64,000 nt of DNA from an uncultured Eudoraea sp. (lineage in GTDB: Bacteria > Bacteroidota > Bacteroidia > Flavobacteriales > Flavobacteriaceae), in assembly GCF_947258925.1 (NCBI RefSeq), contig NZ_CAMYKG010000013.1:44313-108312 (forward strand). The letters run 5' to 3'. Numbering within the stretch: the stretch's first letter is position 1; each line of letters starts with the position of its first letter. The position numbers were made by a program, and so were the translations under genes. A model generated the notes under the pieces. It was not told the origin of the DNA. It worked only from the letters and a program-made list of their open reading frames with translations, and did no database searches. Shown here one piece after another: positions 57,524 through 64,000 of this stretch.

Positions 57524-57910
57524 TTATCGTTTAGAGAATTGGAATTTCTTCCTTGCCTTCTTCTGACCAAACTTTTTGCGTTCAACCATTCTTGGATCTC
57601 TTGTAAGTAATCCTTCAGGTTTTAGTACTTCCCTGTTTTCAGCCTCTATCTCACATAATCCCCTGGATAATGCCAAACGTACGGCTTCTGCCTGACCTGT
57701 TATTCCGCCACCATATACATTAACAATTACATCATAATTGTCTACTGTATTGGTTAAAGCAAAAGGTTGTTTTACTTTATACTGCAATGTAGCCGTTGAG
57801 AAATAGTCTTCTAATTTCCTTTTATTGACCGTAATGTTACCCTTTCCTTCAGTAATATATACCCGGGCAACAGCTGTTTTTCTTCTACCTATTTTATGAA
57901 TTGTGTCCAT
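57524..57910 (-). CDS. rpsI: 30S ribosomal protein S9
   Basis: 128-aa ORF with GRRKTAVARV... and a C-terminal ...KKARKKFQFSKR. Confidence 0.95.
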   Translation of the reverse strand: MDTIHKIGRRKTAVARVYITEGKGNITVNKRKLEDYFSTATLQYKVKQPFALTNTVDNYDVIVNVYGGGITGQAEAVRLALSRGLCEIEAENREVLKPEGLLTRDPRMVERKKFGQKKARKKFQFSKR

Positions 57911-58366
57911 TTAATTAAGGTCATTTATGTTAATAGCCTTCGGTTTCTGAGCCTCCTGATCATGGTCCGTGCCTACATAGACTCTCAGATTTCTAAATAA
58001 CTCAGCGCCCAATTTATTCTTAGGAAGCATGCCTTTTACTGCCTTTTCAATAATAGCTGCAGGATTTTTATCCAACAGCTCCCTGGCCGTTGTAGATCTT
58101 TGACCACCGGGATATCCAGTATATCTCTTGTATGTCTTGTCTTCCCATTTATTGCCGCTAAGTTGAATTTTTTCAGCGTTAACAATGACAACATTGTCTC
58201 CGCAGTCAACATGTGGTGTAAAATTTGGCTTGTATTTACCTCTTAAGATTTTAGCCACTTTAGAAGCAAGTCGCCCTAAGGTTTGGCCTTCTGCATCAAC
58301 CAATAACCACTGTTTATCAACAGTACTTTTATTGGCAGATTTAGTCTTGTAGCTTAATGTATCCAC
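57911..58366 (-). CDS. rplM: 50S ribosomal protein L13
   Basis: 151-aa ORF with WLLVDAEGQTLGRLAS... Directly abuts rpsI. Confidence 0.95.
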   Translation of the reverse strand: MDTLSYKTKSANKSTVDKQWLLVDAEGQTLGRLASKVAKILRGKYKPNFTPHVDCGDNVVIVNAEKIQLSGNKWEDKTYKRYTGYPGGQRSTTARELLDKNPAAIIEKAVKGMLPKNKLGAELFRNLRVYVGTDHDQEAQKPKAININDLN

Positions 58367-58633
58367 TACTATTTGTTTTATTAATTAAACTCTTCCATCC
58401 CGAATAACGGGCTGCAAATGTACAACTATTAAGTTTAAATGCAAACCGTTACTTCTCAATTTTTTGAAAATATTTTGTTCGTTTTAATATGAGATTTTAG
58501 GCAATAATTTGAGATCCAAATTTAAGTGCGGCTTAATGGTATTTGATTATTGCACGGAAATGTAGCGTTATTCATATACTATAAGACTGGTTTTTACGTT
58601 TTTCAACAAATAATCATTTATAAACCCGTAAAA

Positions 58634-59134
58634 ATGAAACGTAACCTATTACTGCTTTTTATAGCAGCTTCTTTGTTATTTTCCTGTTCATCAGATAAAG
58701 ATGATATAATTCAGGATGAAAATAGTATAATTGGGTCATGGGCACTAACCGCACTCGAAATTGATGACAGTACGGCAAGTGATGACGAAAAAAATGCCAG
58801 AGATATTTTAAATTTTTTGTCTGCGATAGATTGTTCTATTATGACGCTTACTTTTAATGAAGACTTAAGCGTTATAACCGAAAACTCAGGAAATTACCTG
58901 GAAATAAATGTAAACCCCGGAGGTACGGGCCTTGATGTTCCATGTCCTACGCAAAAAGATACGTATGTGGACAGTTATACTTTTGAAGCAGGAGTATTAA
59001 CCTATGTCGATGAAGACCAGGTTGAAACTACCGTGAATGTAGAGTTTTCAGGAAATACCATGAGAGTAAACGCTACGGAATTCGATTTTACAAATTTTGA
59101 TGACGGTGGTGTACTGATTTTTACCAGACAGTAA
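58634..59134 (+). CDS. hypothetical lipoprotein (lipocalin-like)
   Basis: The ORF is open from 58550, but MKRNLLLLFIAASLLFSCSS (lipobox) starts at 58634. Confidence 0.55.
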   Translation: MKRNLLLLFIAASLLFSCSSDKDDIIQDENSIIGSWALTALEIDDSTASDDEKNARDILNFLSAIDCSIMTLTFNEDLSVITENSGNYLEINVNPGGTGLDVPCPTQKDTYVDSYTFEAGVLTYVDEDQVETTVNVEFSGNTMRVNATEFDFTNFDDGGVLIFTRQ

Positions 59135-59157
59135 AAAAGCCTTTAAACAATACAAAT

Positions 59158-59189
59158 AAAAACCCTTCGGATTTACGAAGGGTTTTTTT
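59158..59189. terminator. bidirectional rho-independent terminator (lipoprotein gene / polA)
   Basis: An A-run, then hairpin CCCTTCGGATTTACGAAGGG, then T7. Confidence 0.8.
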
Positions 59190-59209
59190 ATTTGACATCC
59201 CGATTCCTA

Positions 59210-62047
59210 TTAATGGGCTTCAAGCCAATTTTCCCCTAAACCAATTTCCACGTCCAGCGGCACAAGTAATTCATAAGCATTTTCCATCTCGGTTTTTATC
59301 ATAACCTGAAGAACTTGCAACTCTGGTTTAAAAACATCAAAGACCAGTTCATCATGAACCTGCAGAAGCATCTTGGTTTTATAATTTCCTTCAGAAAGCT
59401 TTTGGTGAATATTGATCATCGCGATTTTTATGATATCCGCCGCACTACCCTGTATTGGGGCATTAACCGCATTTCGCTCGGCAGCACCGCGCACAACAGC
59501 GTTACGTCCGTTAATATCCTTTAAATAGCGCCTTCTTCCCAATACGGTTTGCACATAACCATTTTCTCTGGCAAAATCTATTTGCTCACTAATGTAGTTT
59601 CGCAGTTTAGGATAGGTCTTATAATAGGTATCGATTAACTCTTTTGCCTCGGTTCGGCTAAGATCTGTCTGATTGCTCAATCCAAAAGCAGAAACCCCGT
59701 AAATTATTCCAAAATTGACGGTTTTGGCATTACTTCTCTGATCTCTTGTAACTTCTTCAAGGGGTACGTTAAAGACTTTGGAAGCTGTTGAAGCATGAAT
59801 ATCCTCTCCATTTTTAAATGCTTCAATCATTGTAGTCTCTTCACTTAATGATGCAATTATTCTAAGTTCTATTTGCGAATAGTCGGCTGCCAGTAGGAGA
59901 TAATTAGCATCTCTTGGAATAAAAGCCTTACGCACCTGTCTGCCCCGCTCGGTTCTGATCGGAATATTTTGAAGATTCGGATTATTGCTGCTTAACCTTC
60001 CTGTGGCCGCTACGGTTTGCATATAATCTGTATGAACTCTACCTGTATTTTCTTCAACTTGCTCAGGTAAAGCGTCCACATATGTGCTTTTTAGCTTAGC
60101 CAGGCCTCTGTAGTCTAATACATCTCTAATAATTTGATGCTCCTTGGCCAGATATGAAAGGACATCTTCAGCAGTGGAATACTGTCCTGTTTTTGTTTTT
60201 TTTGGCTTATCAACCAGTTTAAGTTTATTAAATAATATTTCACCTAACTGTTTTGGTGATGCAATATTAAATTCTTCGCCAGCCTCCTGGTAAATCTTTT
60301 CTTCTAAGTTCTTTATATCATCATTCAGATCTTTTGAAAGGGAATTCAAAAATTCTATGTTTAGATTTATTCCTTCCAATTCCATATCCGCCAGCACCTT
60401 TACCAACGGAATTTCAATATTTCTGAAAAGATTTTCGGTACCGGCTTCTTTCAGTTCAACTGCAAACTTATTTGCCAACTGCAGGGTTATGTCAGTATCT
60501 TCAACGGCATACTCCGTTTGTCTCTCTAAACTAACCTCGCGCATGCTCAATTGGTTTTTGCCTTTTTTACCGATAAGCTCGGTAATAGATATAGGAGTAT
60601 AATTCAGGTAAGTTTCAGACAACACATCCATATTATGGCGCATATCCGGATTTATAAGGTAGTGTGCAATCATAGTATCAAATAGACTTCCTTTAACAGA
60701 AACCCTATATTTATGAAGCACTTTGATATCATATTTTAAATTCTGTCCAATTTTTTCAATGCTTTCGGTCTCGAAAAAGGGCCGAAGTTCTTCAATTAGT
60801 TCCTGTGCATTATCACGATCTTCCGGAAAGGGAACATAGAATCCTTTCCCTGTTTCCCAGGAGAAGGCTATTCCAACGAGTTCTGCTACTAAAGGGTTTA
60901 AAGAGGTCGTTTCCGTATCAAAACATACCCGGGTTTGCTGCATTAAATTTTTAAGAAACAATTTCATAGCCATCCCCGGGGAAACACTTTGATAAAGATG
61001 AGCAGTATCCTCAATAGTTTTTCTGCTGGAATATTCCTTTAAGGTAGCAGATTTATCCCCATCGGATCCGAATAAAGAAAATTGACCGCTTCCGGCAGTT
61101 TTAGGGATACTTTTCTTTTCAGGCTCTTCGGTGGGGGCTTTATCATCTTTAACCTCGGATTCATTAATGAATAGCCTTAAAAACTGATCTTTAAGCCTTC
61201 TGAATTCTAAATCCTCAAATATTTTCTGCACTTCTTCACTATCGGGTTCGGAGAGTTCATAGTCCTTGGCATCAAAAACGACATCACAGGTTACGCATAT
61301 AGTTGCCAGTTTCTTTGAGAGTCTGCCTAATTCGGCATTTTCTTCAACCTTCTCTTTCATTTTCCCTTTGAGCTTATCGGTATTTGCAAGAAGTCCCTCG
61401 AGAGACCCAAACTCGGCGATAAATTTTTTAGCTGTTTTATCACCAACACCCGGAAGGCCGGGGATATTGTCACTGGCGTCCCCCATCATTCCAAGATAGT
61501 CGATGACCTGTTCAGGGCGTTCTACGCCAAAGCGGGTTTGTATTTCAGGGATTCCCCAGATTTCTATTCCATTTCCCATTCGGGATGGGCGGTACATAAA
61601 AATATTCTCGGATACCAGTTGTCCAAAATCTTTATCGGGAGTAACCATATAAGTTTTGTATCCTTCTTTCTCAGCTTGTTTCGCTAATGTTCCGATAATG
61701 TCATCGGCTTCCAAACCAGAAACTTCGATCACAGGAATATGCATAGCTTTCAGGATATCCTGTATAATAGGGACAGCCACCCGTATGGCATCCGGAGTTT
61801 CATCCCGGTTTGCCTTGTAATCTGCATATAGTTCTGTTCTTTCAGTACTGCCATCCTTGTCAAAACAGACCGCCAAATGGTCTGGTTTTTCCCTTTTTAT
61901 AACGTCAAATAAAGAATTTACAAACCCCATGATAGCAGAAGTATCCATTCCTTTGGAATTTATCCTGGGATTTTTTATCAGGGCGTAATACCCCCTGAAA
62001 ATCAATGCGTATGCATCCAATAAAAAAAGTCGCTTTTGCTCTGCCAT
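59210..62047 (-). CDS. polA: DNA polymerase I
   Basis: 945-aa ORF with a 5'-nuclease N-terminus (LFLLDAYALIFRGYYA), a 3'-5' exonuclease domain and polymerase motifs (DYSQIELR, QVHDELVF). Confidence 0.96.
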   Translation of the reverse strand: MAEQKRLFLLDAYALIFRGYYALIKNPRINSKGMDTSAIMGFVNSLFDVIKREKPDHLAVCFDKDGSTERTELYADYKANRDETPDAIRVAVPIIQDILKAMHIPVIEVSGLEADDIIGTLAKQAEKEGYKTYMVTPDKDFGQLVSENIFMYRPSRMGNGIEIWGIPEIQTRFGVERPEQVIDYLGMMGDASDNIPGLPGVGDKTAKKFIAEFGSLEGLLANTDKLKGKMKEKVEENAELGRLSKKLATICVTCDVVFDAKDYELSEPDSEEVQKIFEDLEFRRLKDQFLRLFINESEVKDDKAPTEEPEKKSIPKTAGSGQFSLFGSDGDKSATLKEYSSRKTIEDTAHLYQSVSPGMAMKLFLKNLMQQTRVCFDTETTSLNPLVAELVGIAFSWETGKGFYVPFPEDRDNAQELIEELRPFFETESIEKIGQNLKYDIKVLHKYRVSVKGSLFDTMIAHYLINPDMRHNMDVLSETYLNYTPISITELIGKKGKNQLSMREVSLERQTEYAVEDTDITLQLANKFAVELKEAGTENLFRNIEIPLVKVLADMELEGINLNIEFLNSLSKDLNDDIKNLEEKIYQEAGEEFNIASPKQLGEILFNKLKLVDKPKKTKTGQYSTAEDVLSYLAKEHQIIRDVLDYRGLAKLKSTYVDALPEQVEENTGRVHTDYMQTVAATGRLSSNNPNLQNIPIRTERGRQVRKAFIPRDANYLLLAADYSQIELRIIASLSEETTMIEAFKNGEDIHASTASKVFNVPLEEVTRDQRSNAKTVNFGIIYGVSAFGLSNQTDLSRTEAKELIDTYYKTYPKLRNYISEQIDFARENGYVQTVLGRRRYLKDINGRNAVVRGAAERNAVNAPIQGSAADIIKIAMINIHQKLSEGNYKTKMLLQVHDELVFDVFKPELQVLQVMIKTEMENAYELLVPLDVEIGLGENWLEAH

Positions 62048-62104
62048 ATTAAGTGTTCTATTCCAATTCCAAAACTACAAAGTTTAAATACTAATCTAAA
62101 GTAA

Positions 62105-63088
62105 TTAAGTGCTTATATAGCTGCCTGAAGTATTATTAAGATGTCCTTCCTCAGAATATACCCTGTAAGAAAATCCAGGATGTATACAATACCCGCCGGT
62201 TTCTCCTTTTTTGTTGATTGCTATGAATCCAATTTGAAAATCAAGTTTGTCCTTATTTTTAGATATAATGCGGTTGACTCCTTCCTCGCAAGCCTCCTGA
62301 GGTGTTTTTCCCTGCCTCATTAATTCCACAATAAGAAAGCTTCCTACAGTGCGAACAACTTCTTCTCCTACGCCTGTAGCAGTGGCTCCGCCAATCTCAT
62401 TATCTATAAATAACCCCGCTCCAATAATTGGGGAATCGCCTACCCGACCACCAATCTTATAGGCCATTCCACTTGTCGTGCATGCACCTGCAATATCCCC
62501 TTTGGAATCAATGGCTAACATGCCAATGGTATCATGATTCTCTATGTTGATAATCGGTTGATATTGGGATGTTTTTTTCCATTCCAGCCATTCCAATTTT
62601 GATTTCTCAGTAAGTAAGTTTTCTTTTTCAAACCCTTTTTCATAGGCAAATTGTTCGGCCCCTTTTCCCGCAAGCATTACATGGGGGGTATCCTCCATTA
62701 CCTTTCTGGCAACTGAAATTGGATGTACTATATTCTGGAGGTAGACCACTGCTCCACAATTGCTGTCTTTATCCATTATACAGGCATCAAGAGTAACATT
62801 GCCATCCCGGTCCGGTCTGCCACCTTTACCGACCGATTGATTATTTGTATCTGCTTCCTCAATCATTACCCCTTGTTCAACGGCATCCAGGGCTGTTCCG
62901 GAATTAGTAAGAACCTGCCATGCTTTATTTGTAGCATTGGGTACATCCCATGTTGCGATGACAATGGGTTTAATGGTTTTAGTAACAGGCAATTGTTCCT
63001 TTTTTGTTTCACAAGCTGTTAGCAGTGATGTGGATAAGATCCCGGCAGTACTTAAGGAAGAGCTTTTTAAAAATTTTCTACGTTTCAT
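62105..63088 (-). CDS. N4-(beta-N-acetylglucosaminyl)-L-asparaginase / isoaspartyl peptidase (Ntn hydrolase)
   Basis: 327-aa ORF with a Tat-like signal (MKRRKFLKSSSL) and an autoprocessing site HDTIGMLAID. Confidence 0.85.
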   Translation of the reverse strand: MKRRKFLKSSSLSTAGILSTSLLTACETKKEQLPVTKTIKPIVIATWDVPNATNKAWQVLTNSGTALDAVEQGVMIEEADTNNQSVGKGGRPDRDGNVTLDACIMDKDSNCGAVVYLQNIVHPISVARKVMEDTPHVMLAGKGAEQFAYEKGFEKENLLTEKSKLEWLEWKKTSQYQPIINIENHDTIGMLAIDSKGDIAGACTTSGMAYKIGGRVGDSPIIGAGLFIDNEIGGATATGVGEEVVRTVGSFLIVELMRQGKTPQEACEEGVNRIISKNKDKLDFQIGFIAINKKGETGGYCIHPGFSYRVYSEEGHLNNTSGSYIST

Positions 63089-63128
63089 CAGCTTAGGTTG
63101 CTTATTTTTATAAGCCTAAATATATGAA

Positions 63129-63851
63129 ATGATCGTAGAAGTATGCGCCAACTCTTTCCAATCTGCCATTAATGCTGAGAATTCCGGGGCAGACAGAATT
63201 GAATTATGTGCAGAATTAGCTGTGGGAGGAATAACACCATCCTTTGGACTGATCAAAAAAACGATTGAAAATTTAAACATTCCTGTGCATGTGTTGATTA
63301 GGCCGCGTAGTGGGGATTTTACTTATTCTGATGATGAATTTGAGATCATGAAAGAGAATATTAGGCTTTGTAGGCAGCTTGGCGTTTCAGGAATAGTTTC
63401 AGGAGTTTTATTTGCTGATGGTACACTGGATAAAACCAGGACCGGAGAGCTTAGAACTACAGCAGGGGATTTATATTTTACATTTCACCGGGCATTCGAC
63501 TGGGTTACGGAGCCTGTCAATACACTTTTTGAACTTGAGGGATTAGGGGTGGATTGCGTTCTTACTTCAGGGGGTAAAAATTCAGCAGAAGAAGCATTGC
63601 CAAAACTAATTTCATGGAAAAAGATGACAAGTAAAATTGCGATTATGCCGGGTGGTGGAATACGTGAAAACAACGCACCCCTTTTTAAGGAAAATGACTT
63701 TAAAGTCATTCATCTATCTGGCGTCAGCTTTAGAAAAACACTATTGAAAACACCTCAAATATCAATGAATAATGCCTCACATCTCAAAGATGATGAATTA
63801 GCTATAACGGAACCTGAAATTATCCGCGCTGTAATTAGAAGCGTTAAATAA
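63129..63851 (+). CDS. cutC: copper homeostasis protein CutC
   Basis: 240-aa ORF with the N-terminus EVCANSFQSAINAENSGADRIELC, typical of CutC. Confidence 0.9.
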   Translation: MIVEVCANSFQSAINAENSGADRIELCAELAVGGITPSFGLIKKTIENLNIPVHVLIRPRSGDFTYSDDEFEIMKENIRLCRQLGVSGIVSGVLFADGTLDKTRTGELRTTAGDLYFTFHRAFDWVTEPVNTLFELEGLGVDCVLTSGGKNSAEEALPKLISWKKMTSKIAIMPGGGIRENNAPLFKENDFKVIHLSGVSFRKTLLKTPQISMNNASHLKDDELAITEPEIIRAVIRSVK

Positions 63852-63907
63852 TGGTGAAGTTGTAAATTGAAAATCTATTAAAGAAATATATTTGTAAAAA
63901 ATAACAT

Positions 63908-64000
63908 ATGTTACGCCTGATTGTTTTTATTATCATTTATCTTATCCTGGGTTTCTATGCCCTACAAGCTTTGAAGACAGTTACGCGCTTTCCCTGGGTA
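63908..64000 (+). CDS. hypothetical membrane protein (partial, N-terminus only)
   Basis: ATG at 63908 gives MLRLIVFIIIYLILGFYALQALKTVTRFPWV..., still open at the window end. Confidence 0.35.
   Translation, partial: MLRLIVFIIIYLILGFYALQALKTVTRFPWV

Overview
This window looks like ordinary chromosomal core from an AT-rich Bacteroidota (Flavobacteriia-type) genome. That assignment is an inference from gene families, TAnnTTTG-type promoter boxes and sigma-54. It contains about 65 protein genes and 2 tRNAs. I see no transposase, integrase, CRISPR array or recognisable defence island.

Recognisable blocks:
- A tightly packed histidine-utilisation operon, hutH-hutI-hutU-hutG (minus strand), divergent from hmgA.
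- hemW and a run of small conserved DUF genes.
- A membrane-anchored MutS-family ATPase followed by a YdjM-like hydrolase.
- A TRAP transporter (dctPQM) and an MFS sugar porter.
- LPS and sugar genes (waaA, DegT aminotransferase, galE).
- sucA and sucB with an M23 peptidase wedged between them.
- tatD, ansA and an exbB-x-exbD-exbD cluster.
- rpoN, asnS and an MMPL/RND exporter.
- frr, pyrH, tsf-rpsB, rpsI-rplM, polA, glycosylasparaginase and cutC.

The most unusual locus is tRNA-Leu(UAG) at about 22.7-23.2 kb. The gene carries a perfect 22-bp tandem duplication of its T-arm and 3' acceptor strand. Upstream is a partial 5'-half copy with a 34-nt palindromic insert at the D-loop position. Downstream are two more copies of the tRNA 3' end, each with a TCCCGC...GCGGGA hairpin at the T-loop position and each with its own rho-independent terminator.

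The second theme is several visibly broken genes:
- ruvC has an out-of-frame internal deletion.
- A type-II NADH dehydrogenase survives only as a short frameshifted remnant.
- A TonB-C-like lipoprotein is split from its signal peptide at a T7 run.
- exbB is separated from its ancestral N-terminal signal peptide.

I found no clear novel multi-gene system. The tRNA-Leu mosaic is the best candidate for something undescribed.
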